Of a stretch of DNA of 64,000 nt, positions 24,942 through 36,792 are shown one piece after another. A program made the position numbers and the translations under genes. The notes beneath the pieces were generated by a model. It had not been told where the DNA came from, searched no databases, and saw only the letters and a program-made list of their open reading frames with translations. Each line of letters opens with the position of its first letter. The stretch's first letter is position 1. Origin of the DNA: Basidiobolus meristosporus CBS 931.73 (taxonomy: Eukaryota; Fungi; Basidiobolomycota); assembly GCA_002104905.1 (NCBI GenBank), contig MCFE01000374.1, positions 1-64,000 of the forward strand, given 5' to 3'.

Positions 24942-25139
24942 TGGCTACCTCGAAACTACTCAATGGTTCACGTTCTTCTGGTGTAGACTCGGCGTTTTCA
25001 ACGCTGCATAAATTATTGAAACCAAATAGACGAAGTAAACTTTTATTCATCGTACAGGCAACCAGAGAGTCTCAACTTGTAATGAAGTTGTTTATCTGAT
25101 GACTTTCCACTCCGGAACCTACTTCTCCTATCTATATGA

Positions 25140-26172
25140 CTAGTTGATTGCGCTCAAGCCTGACAGAATATTTTTGGATTGGAACCACAGAAAGGGGCTT
25201 TCTGGTGTATCCTGCTCCATATCAATAACACTCCCATCGGAGTGCAAGCTTATGATTTCCTCAGCATCTGCATCAACCTCATTGCTTATGTGGTTGCTTT
25301 CCAGTGTGATCACAGTAATCTTGCCTTTCAGCTTTGAGTAATTGAACATTTGTTTCGGAGTGAGAAAATCCAGTGGGTGTTCACGTGTTGTTTCTACCAA
25401 TACGAAAGTGCGCGTTGGTCCTAGAGGCGGTCAAGATGCTCATCAATAGATTGGACATCCAATTGAGCATACATCGAAGCATACTTAATGTCGTTTCGTC
25501 GCTTAAATGTTGCACCAAGGTGCGAACCAGCTTTCGCTCACATGCATTGAGGATCTTCAAGTTATTGTTAAGATCAGTTGAGTGGATAGGAGGTAAAACG
25601 ATCAGATATGCTGCTTTGGGGGTAGTGATGGTGGTTCCAATCAGCACCAAAAATCGGATTTGCCCCGCTTCTCCATTTTCTACACGCTGGCATGCCTTCT
25701 CTATATCCGCGAACAAAGCCTCCCCAGAGGCCAGCAACTACAAGCACGTCATTAGACAACGGGTACATGATTTAACTGAATATGTATTTACTTACATCGA
25801 TGGCCTTTTTGTATTTTCGCTTGAAATGTTGTGGCTACAAAGGGAATTGATCTTAATCGAAGGGGTAGTTCAGACTGGATCTCAGCTGAGAGCCGAGTAA
25901 AACTTACGTTTTGGCTATTTCTCTCCATCTCTACCATGCTCTGGAGTTGCTCCCAAGAACTCATATGGGTTGAATAGGTACCTGTTAGCGTAAGTGTGTC
26001 AATCTCGAGTCCAAGAGCAAACCTACCATGGAAGCTGCCCTCGAATTAGAAGGATAAACTTTACAATCGTTTTCAGTAGCCGAGTGGTGATCTCTGGAAT
26101 GAAGGGGGCATCTAGCTGAACTGTGATTTCCTCTAAGCTGGGCGGTGAGGTTTTAGAGGTCGCTCGGTTCAT
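25140..26172 (-). CDS. p31comet / MAD2L1BP-like HORMA-domain protein, 5 exons
   Basis: Manual splicing gives ...IVKFILLIRGQLPC|SWEQLQSM...|PQHFKRKYKKAID|LLASGEALFADIE...RFLVLIGTTITTPKAAYLIVL...NACERKLVRTLV...|RPTRTFVLV...DFLTPKQMF...KITVITL. These blocks match, in order, p31comet blocks as I recall them (QRQQLPLPYEQL; LILLGGNALSPKEFYEL; ACLRRLFRAI; DWFRPK...LTVTL). Confidence 0.72.
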
Positions 26173-26389
26173 ACTGCTCATTGCATCGCCGCCAAATCCA
26201 AGTGATCACCGCGACACTGGTGGCACTATATATGATCATTGAGTCACCATTCACGAGAATAAACATGCATTTAACCAAACATCAATCAATGCAAATAGTG
26301 CGAGCTGATTTGAACTACCCACCAAGGTGGCATGGCAGTCATTCCATAATAATAAATAAAAAATACTCCAACTACATGCGGTCCGTGAG

Positions 26390-28620
26390 ATGGACTCAGT
26401 ATTCACACACCGAACGTCAGACGTTCTTATCAACGAAAATGTCACCTTCGATACGCTGATATCAAATCCGTTGCTTTTGAAGGGACTAAACCAATCTGGC
26501 TATCGAAAGCCATCGCCCATTCAACTGAAGGCCCTTCCCCTTGGTAGGCTCGGCCTGGATCTGGTGGCGCAAGCCAAATCCGGGACGGGAAAAACCATAG
26601 TATTTAGCGTCATCTCTTTGGAAGCAGTTAATTTGCATGTCAATTTTCCCCAGGTATACGCGTTCTACCATTTCACACGAAACAAACACCTTTCATTCAA
26701 CTCACGCTTTCGAAATGAAGGTTCTCGTTTTGGCGCCAACAAGAGAAATTGCCGTACAAATCAAAGAGGTCATGACAGCTGTTGCGTCTTTCATCGAAGG
26801 TTTGCAAGTTCAGGTGTTCATTGGAGGTTTACCCATCTCGGAAGATCTATCCAAGCTACGAAATTGCCACATTGCCGTCGGAACTCCGGGTATTGCTCAC
26901 TTTATTTCGAACGCCTACACAATTGACTTCTGACAAGGGGTTGCTTTTTCTCAGGCAGAGTGCAAGCACTTATACAAGCCGGTTCTTTTCCCACTCATGC
27001 GCTCAAGCTGTTTGTCTTGGACGAGGCAGATAAATTGATGGAGGATGTATTCTTTGTTCAAATAGAGTAAGTGGCATGCAAAGCACCACGTCAAAAGGTG
27101 AACCCCAGGCTGTGTAGTTAACCGACGATTCGTTCCATCAGAGTAATCTATAAATCACTCCCACAAACCAAGCAATCCATGGCGTTTTCCGCAACTTATG
27201 ACAACGGGCTATTGGAAAAGATAAACCGATTCGTTCACATGCCCCAGTATGTTATGCTTTGTTCGGAAACTCCCTCTCTTGAAGGTTGTATTGCCAAGAA
27301 CAGCTAAGTCTGCCCAGGATAATGTAATAACATTGGATTCCATCGCAGGGGTACAGCAGTACTACGAGGTTGTTTCCAGCGATGGTGACAGCAATGCGAT
27401 TCAAAAGTTTGCTGCCTACAAGGGCAAGTTCAGACGCTTAGAAGAGCTTTTGAGCAAGGTTCCCTTTTACCAGTGTATCATATTCCTCAACCACCGTGGC
27501 AGGTATGTACGCAGTAGTCCAAGAGTAGCAGCATTTCATAGGAATCAACTCTCTTATGTGTATAGAGCAGTGGAATTGTCGGAGAATCTCACTCGTAAGG
27601 GATGGCCTGCGTTATACATTTCAGGTATTGTAGCATGCGGCCGATTTCCTACACCCACTATTCACATATCTTCACAGGGGGTTTAAATCAACGCGAGCGC
27701 CTAGCAACTTTATCAAAGGCTCGGAATTTTCAGTTACGAGTCTTGGTCTGCAGCGATCTGGTATTAAATTTCACTATGCTGGCGAATGAACGAAATATAT
27801 TAACTGTAATGTAGATTGCTCGAGGTGTGGATATTGAAAGGGTGGATCTGGTTGTAAACCTCGATATGCCCAGAGATCCAGAGACATACTTCCATCGCGT
27901 AGGGAGAACAGGAAGATTTGGTAATATACAGATGCCGCTTGGGTACCGAGCACTTCACTTACCTGAGTCATAGGCACACGAGGCCTTGCCGTTAGTTTTA
28001 TCGATCAAAATGAGGTGACGGCGATCCAGCGGCTTCAGCAGACATACGCAGTCAAATTGCAGCAGTTGCCCGGTATTGATAGCCATTACGCATAGGAGGA
28101 AAATCGTTGCTAATCGTATTTTAGATCAAATCACGGAAGAGCTTATTGAAAAGAAAGAACTTTCCACAGTGGACCACAAAGCGCTCCAAAAGCTTGAGGA
28201 TATCCGAGCCAGCGCAAAGTTGGTAAGTTCCACCGATGTTTTTTCAGATGGTTTGGCTACCCTTTAACCTATACTTCGTAGGTTGCTTCAGACGAAGCGG
28301 ATACATATAGCGAGGAGCCCGCAACCAGAATCCCGGAAAGCATTCAGGACAGTCGCAGAAAGCCGAAAAAGGAGAGGAAACGCGATACACCGCATCAACA
28401 AACTAGTCCAAGTGATGTGCCTGCACCAACCTCGGACTCGCATAGTACTTTCCCTGTGTATGCCACTGAATATACCAGGCAACCCTATTATCCACCACAA
28501 TATCACCAAACTCCCCCAAACAACCCACATCCCATGATGTACCCTACCTACATGTACCAATCCAATACCCGGCCTAACACTCGCACTGCAACCTTCTTCC
28601 CCCCTGACCTGACATTTTAA
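26390..28620 (+). CDS. DEAD-box RNA helicase, DDX20/Gemin3-like, multi-exon
   Basis: [30 protein letters not shown]; [11 protein letters not shown]; VFIGGLP; CHIAVGTPG; [10 protein letters not shown]; AFSATY; [12 protein letters not shown]. The PLGRxGLDL and CHIAVG signatures are DDX20-type rather than eIF4A- or Dhh1-type. Y/P-rich C-tail. Confidence 0.85.
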
Positions 28621-28861
28621 CAAGGAGCACATCACATCCACCGAATGTAGAGCCAGGCTAATTGACTGGACCTCAATCCAAATTGGATAGGAATCTACTC
28701 AAGATCAGATCAAAATGAATAGAATAAAAAAAAATCGATCTTAAAGTACCGGGGAAAGCGAATCCGCGAAAAAAAATTCCACCAAAAGTCACCACTGTAA
28801 TCCCCCCACCGGCCCCGACTCTCTGTGTCAATAGAGTTGACTGAATCTTTTCAAATTCACC

Positions 28862-30048
28862 ATGTCCGACGTCGAGAAAGAAGTTCAAGAGATGCAAGAG
28901 GATACTGTACGTTCGCCTGATCCATTACGTTCGTGTGTGTGTACGTGTGTCGTGCTGTATTTACTTACCTGTTCTCCAACTGTTACAACAGAGCCTCTTG
29001 TTCGATACTTCCATGAAGAAGAAAAAGAAGAAGAAGAAGGCCATCGTTGAAGAAGAGGCCGTTCCCGAGGAACCCCAACAAGAGCAAGAAGAGCAACAAG
29101 ACGGAGAAGGTAGGTGATTCAGGAGAGGGCTCGGATCGAGTGGCTTACTGATCTATTCCAAAGTTGAGGAAGCCGAGGAGGATTCTTCAGCCATGTTCGC
29201 CGATTTGAAAAAGAAGAAGAAGAAGAAGGCTGTTAAGGAAGTGGAGGGTGAGGCTGAGGAGGAGCCTGCTTCCACCGAGGCCTTCGACTTCGGAGAGATG
29301 AAGAAGAAGAAGAAGAAGAAGTCCAAGAAGGCTGACATGGAGGCTTTCGAGGCCGACCTCAATGATGATGATGAAGAGGGCAAGAACGAGTCTAGCGAAA
29401 AGCCTGGTAAATTTTTACTTCCCACCCGAGTTCTACCGAACCTCGACCTCTAACCCTTAATTTTCTCTCAGCCGGCAAAGATTCTTGGCTCGGTACCAAC
29501 CGTGATTACACCTACCAAGAGCTCCTCGGCCGTATCGTCAACATCCTCAGACAGAACAACCCCGAGCTCATCTCTGAGAAGAGACGTTACACCATGGTTC
29601 CCCCCTCCATTCACAGAGATGGTAGTAAGAAGACCTCTTTCACCAACATCACCGATATCTGCAAGAGGTAAGACCCACTGGGGACCACGTCGCGACGCGA
29701 CCGACGCTAACGCACTTTTTGGAAACTAGAATGCATCGTCAACCCGAGCATCTTATTCAGTTCCTCTTCGCCGAATTGGGTACCAGCGGTTCCGTGGACG
29801 GTCAAGGCAGCTTGATCATCAAGGGCCGTTTCCAGCAGAAGCAGATCGAGAACGTGTTGCGTAGATACATCGTCGAATACGTCACCTGTAAGACCTGCAA
29901 ATCCCCCGACACCATTCTTACAAAGGAGAACCGTCTCTTCTTCTTACAGTGCGAGGCTTGCGGTTCCACCCGTTCCGTCTCCGCCATCAAGACTGGTTTC
30001 ATGGCTCAAACCACCAAGAGAGCTGTTGCCCGTCGTGCTGCTGCTTAA
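28862..30048 (+). CDS. SUI3: Translation initiation factor eIF2 beta subunit, multi-exon
   Basis: Three poly-lysine boxes; [24 protein letters not shown]; [18 protein letters not shown]; C2-C2 zinc finger CKTCKSPDT...CEACGS. Confidence 0.96.
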
Positions 30049-30228
30049 ATCTGAATCTTCCAAACATGTCAATCTCTATAAAAACTTAGACACATCAAAC
30101 CATGATTTCTGTTGTTAATGTTGTTGTTTCGAATGTATAATGATAGAAGAATATTGCTGGGTGGATTTATTATTTTAGTGATGTAAAGTACATGGCACCG
30201 GCTGAGGTCGGGGGTTTGGCGGAGTTCC

Positions 30229-33070
30229 CTACTCCTCACCTACCGAGAAGTTGGCCTTCTTGTGTAATCTACCCCCGCCACCAGCCTCCCCTACGTGGAT
30301 GCCACTCTGCGCGCTAAGCTGCAACTCGCCATTGATCTCCTCGACCCGCTTTTTCAACTTCTCGATCTCGCTGAGTTTCTTCTCGAGCTCCGCCACTTCA
30401 TTGTCAACGGACATCCGCTCTTCCTTGGTTCCGATTCTGGAGAACTCCCAGCGGCCGTGGTCTCCTATCAATCGAAGCAGATACTTGTGATACTTGAACA
30501 ACGTGGGTCGATGCGAGATGGTAATCAGTGCTATGAGGGTGCAGACATCAGTTAGCAGGGCCGTTGGCTTGACTTGTTCTACTGAACCTACTTATTCCCA
30601 TCTCCTTGGCATGGCTGTACATCAGGCCCTCGACGTCGGAGCTGACCGCACTGGTACATTCGTCCAAAATCGCGAACTTGGGATGGTGGTAGAACAGTCG
30701 GGCCATGTTCATCTACAAAACTCATTTAGCTCACTCCTTCGATGGGGAGGTTGAGGTGGACTTACTCGCTGTTTCTCTCCGCCAGAGAATACATCCTTCC
30801 ACTCCTTCACGGTCTCCCAGCCACCTTCTCTTTCAGGGATATAGGCGAGGTGAACCGCTTTGAGGATCTCGAAGAGCTCCTGATCGGTACGGCCATCTTG
30901 CAGCATCTGTGCGTAGGTGTGTGGGTAGATCACTCTGGAATTTCCCCAAGTTAGTCATCAGGTTCATGTGGAGAATGGGTCTCGACGTTGACATACTGTT
31001 CGCGTAGAGTGCCCAAGGATAAATAGGGTCTTTGAGGTATATAGAACATGTCGACGGGCTCCGGTTCTTCAAGAGTCCCACCTATACACGACATGTTGGT
31101 TGGTGAGTTTAGACCAATCTCGATGTCCTACTGGAGGCTACTTACGGAACACTGGCCATAATCCACTGATCACTCGAGCGACAGATGTCTTGCCTACGCC
31201 GTTGGGACCGGTGATCAACAGATGGTCGCCCTTGTTGATGTCCATGTTTAGGTTCTGCACAAGTAGCTCACCTCCTTTGACATTTGTAGGGTTGGGGGTG
31301 ACGATGGGAACGTCCTTGAACTGGATCCCGTTGATCCCGTACTCCACGTGCCCGCGGATGTCGGTGAGGGAGTAGATCTCGTCGATTTTCTCTTGCAGCA
31401 ATGCCTCGTCCACAGCGGAGGTATACTCGTTGTTGTTCAATGAGTGCAGGACCGAGAGAAGATTGTACACTCGAGAGGTGAAGCCAGCCAACTCGGCCAG
31501 TTCCTTGTACGAGTACATGATACGGCCACCGGCGTCTGCCAAAGAGATCATCAGCCTGGCCCATGGAGTTAGATGGAAGTGTGAAACATAGTCCTAGCAT
31601 GCTACGTACCTCTTGTTGGTGATGAAATCTTGGGTACGGGCCCCGGAGCGATCTTTCGAAGCATTCGAGCCTCCGGTCAGCTCCTGGCGTCCCCCTTTCC
31701 CACCCCATTGAGGAAAGAAGACCGGAATGGAGCAGACGCCCAACCCGATGGCGCTCCAGCAATACTTGATCACGAAGTCCTCAAACATGTTGTAGCCGAT
31801 GCGGAGTTTGTATACCCGGTTCACATGCCGAATTAGGTGCTGGTATGCTCGATTCAAGATCGATTTCTCAAGGTTGGCGCCATGATAAAACGCGATCTCC
31901 TCAGCATTCGTGATCAACCGGGTGTGAGCGGAGCGGAAGTCGCCCTAGACATTGAAACGCAGGTAAGTATATTTGTATCCTGGGGGTGAAGGGTCAACGA
32001 TTATCTGGATGACCTCTAGTTTGGCCTCCTCAGCTGCCATTTTGCCAAATGCTGGGGAGATGGCTCGCAAGATGGAGGCGCTTAGGATGTAGTTGAAGAA
32101 GAGCCCAATCATCCCGGAGGCACCAAGGCTACTTGCGAGTTGGTAGTTGAAGATGAACAAGTCTAACAAGGGCTTTCCGATGTTGGAGTACAGAGACGAC
32201 AGGGAATCGCAGAATCTGGCGATATCGGTGGTGATGTATCTAAAGTGCACGTTAGACCGATGCCATGGGTCAAGCAATACTACCGCTGCTCTTACTGGTC
32301 AGGACCATCCACACGCCCATCAAGGTTGAGAAGCTTGTAATAGGTTTTCTTTGGGCTGAGGTAGAGATCATGCACATATCGTGTCAAACGAGTTCGGAAT
32401 GCAATGGCCAGTTTGGACTGGAGATAACGGATCTATTCAAGAGCAATGTTACCCATCGTATGCTTAGGCCTAGCCGACGGCTCTCAACTTACCATGCTAT
32501 TCGTGTAAGTCGCTGGCACGGCAATGGCAAACCAATAGCCGATTCCCTTGAGGAATTGCCGCCCATTTCCATGCACCTATTCCAAACAACATGTGAGCTC
32601 AAAGTCCATCCAAGGCTATCGCAACCATCTCCACTCACCAGATCCTTCACGATTTTCCCGTCCAGCTTCGCAACCACGACACTCAACCAGGTTCTCAAGA
32701 TCAAAAAGGCGGTGTGGAGCATCAGGATGAACACCTCTTTCGACCGCATGGACGGTATGATGATCATAAAAATCGCCTTCATCTGTCGGAAAAATTCATT
32801 ATCCACGGCCACCTTGGTCCCAGGCTTGATGGCTTGGAAGTGTTCCCTGTGTTGCTCATACACCAAGTTCGACACCTTGTTCCCCATAGGGTGGTTCTTC
32901 TCTATGACAAGCCCTGAAGAAGCTCCGTTGGAGGTGGAGATGGTGGTTTTTTTGGCTTTCGAGTAACGGTACATGCGGTTTATCACTAGACCGCTTAAGG
33001 AAACCAGGAAGAGCAAGGTTCGCACGTTAGCGCCCTGGCCCAATCGATCACGGCGCACGTTTACAGTCAT
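30229..33070 (-). CDS. PXA1: Peroxisomal ABCD half-transporter (Pxa1-type), multi-exon; 5' end uncertain
   Basis: EAA-like motif ([19 protein letters not shown]); [34 protein letters not shown]; Walker [10 protein letters not shown]; FSGGEKQR; [10 protein letters not shown]; [10 protein letters not shown]. Confidence 0.9.
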
Positions 33071-33931
33071 GGCTGCCAATCAATCAGCGTATATGCTGGC
33101 AAGAAGAGTCTGGTTTGTAGAAGTAAGGTTAGTTTCTATCCAAGTTGGCAAGCTCCTGAATAGTGGTTTGGCAAGAATATCGAGGGCTTTCAACTGCACT
33201 GGGGCAACAAGGGAGAGAGGTGAAAATAAGGAAGCCCAGGTGAGAGGAATGATTCAATAAGTAAATACTGGATTACCACGACTGTGAAAATAGTACCTTT
33301 CCTAAAGAGGATAATATGGGTTGCTTTTTCGTGTTACTGCTGAGCTCCATTCATGATCCCTAAACCCTGAGCCCTGACTCAATTTTGACATATGGTGGAA
33401 TTGTATTCATTCGCATTCATTCACATTCATCCACTTTACATATATTCCCACTAATCCCACCTTAATGGAAAATCCCTCCCTCCATTTCATCTCCCAACCA
33501 ATCTGATTTGTGACCACGATTACTGACATCACATGCTTGCCATCAGTGGTGCAGTGGTGCAGTGGTGCATTAGTATCCTGTGGTTTTCACGAGGTTTGAT
33601 CAATCGATTGATTGATTGATTAGTGGGATCTTCACATGTCACTACTTCTCACTAAAGATCATGTTACGCGTAACATCATGTGAAAGTCAGCCATGACATC
33701 AGCTGGTAAGATGCATAATGTTCACATGCAAATGAAACACTCATTCTCTACTTTTAATTCACAGCGTACGAGTGGTGGTGGTACATTCACATCACAATCG
33801 AATACGTTCCACTGCTTATCATCAATTGCTTGCCCGTAGAAGTGTCAATCCCGTTGGGCATTATCTTGCTGGACCCGATTGGGAAGGAGAGTCAAGGAAT
33901 TCACCGCATACTACCTGTATGCCACCGAGTG

Positions 33932-35630
33932 CTACTCCATCTTGGACATCATCTCGAAGATCTCGACGTTCCGCAAATGTCGGGCCATAAACCTCATGAA
34001 TTCAACGGTGTTGTTTTCGGGACTCATATGCTTGTCCAGAAAGATGACCGCCAGAGTAATCTGAGCGTCAGCTCGGATTAGGTAATAGGTGCTGCCGACC
34101 TTTTTGTCGTAAAAGTGAACGTATGTGGTCCGAATACTTGACAGGGAGATATCGTTTGTTTGCATGATTGAGATCAAATTCGGCCAGTGTTCGTAGGGGG
34201 GATTCTTTGGTACACAAAGGTTACAAAGCTGAATAACTCTAATCAAAACAAATGATAGTGTTACCTCTGGATAGCTATAAATGCATGGGAAAGACATCAG
34301 TCCAGACGGTGCCTCATATTTCCCGGTTAAGAAAACATGGCCCTTCTTGTGAAATGGCTTATCCGGAGTTACCTCGTATATCAGTGATATACTATGGGCG
34401 CCTGAGCGTTTCCGAAAATTTCGGATTCTGGAGAGTGTAGAATGGTGAGGGGGATGTAAAATCTGAGCGAGTAACAAACAGACTTACAACGTAGAGTAGT
34501 CAGGCTCAACCCGTTTCCAGAGCGTCTTCAGTTCTCCCCCAATCGATCGCTCTTTTTCCAATAAGGTCTCCTGAAAATAGAGGGTCATTTTCGACATCAG
34601 ACCATTGATGAATTGCGTGGTCCAACTCAAATTGTTGGGTAGTATCGGGGTATTTCGAAATGGACGGGTGTTTCTCTAAGAACAAAAGGTTATTTGGAGA
34701 TACATGAACTGATCGGGCCATGAACCCCTACATCTTGAGCCTCTGAAAGTGAGCACGCCTTTTTCCACTCAAAAAGCTCGTTTTTGGCAAGGTACAAGTT
34801 TACAGTCGACTTCTTGAAGTTGTATTCTCCTAGGGCAATCTGCGTACTGAATATATGATATAGTACATCAAGTTCTTTCCTAGTGTTGATGCCAAATTGA
34901 GTATGGTTCAAATCTCTTCAAGATTCATATCGTAGCTGATAATATCTTACTTGAGCACATATGATAGTAGCCCAAGGCTCTCTCCTAAAGGCATTTGCTG
35001 CAGTCTAGTTTGTATGTTGGAGATTTTGTCGCGAACTGCCTCATATTTCGTTCCTACAGACTCTCCGGATAAACTGCGATAGCTGGGAATAAGAATAACT
35101 TAGCACGATATCCGCCACCAAAAGATACAGCCAACGAGGCATACATGTTGATCTGCTCCTGACGTATGATGGCCAAGTCATTCAAGGCTCTGCAGAGCTG
35201 GTTCAAAAATGCAGAGGCAGCAGATTCCACGGGCGTAGGACTTCCACCTGAAAATAATACTTTCGCTTCTTTTATGGCGTCGTTACCAATGGTAGCGTAC
35301 AAAATATTCAAAAACTAAAACAACAGTGTCTTCGAGTTAGGGATTTTTCGAAACGATAGGAACTTGTTGAAAGATTACGTTTTCTCTCCGAAAGAATTTA
35401 GGCTTTAAGAAAGCAAGGCTAGTATATAGTGCTTCACAAGTTGCCAGCCGTGTTAGTATAGTTCCTACAGAGGGCGATAGCTAACAATTCGGCAAACCAA
35501 ATAAATTATCGACTCAGGTATCGAGAGGCTCAGGTATACATACCTTGTGAAGTTTTGAAGAAAACCGGTTAGCCTTGAAGTATTCGAAACCACCGAGAGC
35601 GTTCAGGTAGTCTTTACATGCGGCTTCCAT
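33932..35630 (-). CDS. KICSTOR subunit 2 (C12orf66/KICS2)-like protein, multi-exon
   Basis: Spliced N-terminus MEAACKDYLNALGGFEYFKA...LATCEALYTSLAFLKPKFFRREN|FLNILYATIGND; C-terminus EHWPNLISIM...VHFYDKKVGSTYYLIRADAQITLAVIF...FMRFMARHLRN. Both track human C12orf66 as I recall it (FFSHLGIFSYDKA; AEKVYHSLTYL; HWPNVIMIM; VHFYDDKVQSTYFL). Confidence 0.8.
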
Positions 35631-35915
35631 AGCATACAATCACAAATCAAGATATGCTGGAAATTTTGAGTACTTGTCACTGTGAATTTTTTCCGGTATA
35701 CCCGAAATCTTGTATTTAAATTTCCACCCTTAGAAGAAGGCCGATGATTACCGAAAATCGGCCCAGCCGAAAATGAAGTCGATTCAAGTTTGGCTTTGTT
35801 GTTTGTTTATACTTGAATAGACTAAAGGGACAGGGTTGGGTAGGACCGGTGTTTGCTCCTCTCCTTTAAATCAATTCACACTTAGTTTGTCTCATATACC
35901 TTTTTTCCTACTGAG

Positions 35916-36612
35916 ATGGAAGAACCACGTGCGCTTATCAAGCAAACCATTGATACTTTCCAACCTTCGGGGGACCTAGACGTTATTCGGTACGTCAACA
36001 AATTACTTACCCAAACTGAAGAGCTAAGGCAAAAACATGCGAACGAGTGCAAAGACATCAACAAAAGTAAGTAAACCGTGTAAGAAACTGCACACACGAG
36101 CAACCTACTAACACGAACTGTTTTAGCACTTGAGAACGAGCTTGAGCTGGCCAAATCAAGCACCACTAGTTACAAATCCCTTGCTAATGACTTGAAGGGA
36201 GAAAACGTCCATAATCTTGAGCGTGAAAAACTCTTCTTATCAAAGCAGCTCCAGGATTCTGAAACCAAACTTGGCTCCTTGAAGACCGAGCTCGAGCAAC
36301 TGGAATCCGAATTGGCTGAACTAACCAGCCTTCCTGTTGAGGATGAGCTAGCTCCTGACCAGACAATGTAATCCCGCGATTTCTACTCAAGTGTGCTTGA
36401 CCATTTCTAACCTCATGCCTTTTTTAATTCCCTGCAGTTTGAAACTCCAAATCTACCGCTCTTTGGGTGTTGATGTTATCCCAGACGAACTCGGGAATCT
36501 GAACAAGATTCGGGTTCGCTCGACCGAAAAGAATGATATTCATACATTGTCGTTGGATGAGAATAGCTCCAAATACTCCCAAGTCAACCATTTGTGGGAT
36601 CTATGCTCTTGA
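35916..36612 (+). CDS. SPC24: Kinetochore Ndc80-complex subunit Spc24, multi-exon
   Basis: MEEPRALIKQTIDTF N-terminus, coiled coil, and RWD-type C-terminus LKLQIYRSLGVDV...NDIHTLSLD...YSQVNHLWDL. Confidence 0.8.
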
Positions 36613-36792
36613 ATCCCAGTTTTCTATGTAAATAAGTGTTTCCTCAACCGCTGTGGCAGACTATCGCTTGCAATGTTCCGTTAGATTTACCTTCCGAGAT
36701 GCGTAAATTGTGAAGAATGTAAAATGGTCGTAAACCATTCAATAAAGTGGTTTTATTAAATCATTGTTTCTAATGCTCTAAATGCTACAATA

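Noticed and set aside
28990-29330. AAG-rich repeats
   Set aside because: They encode the known poly-lysine boxes of eIF2-beta.
33355-33380. Short CCCTAAACCCTGAGCCCTGA motif resembling the 5090 repeat
   Set aside because: Only three degenerate units; could arise by chance in a promoter.
33544-33569. (CAGTGGTG)x3 and nearby (GATT)n/(CATT)n microsatellites
   Set aside because: Short, simple slippage repeats with nothing to support a function.
25140-36612. Apparent mitosis cluster (p31comet-like and SPC24 within ~10 kb)
   Set aside because: They are separated by unrelated housekeeping genes; two genes are not evidence of a functional cluster.
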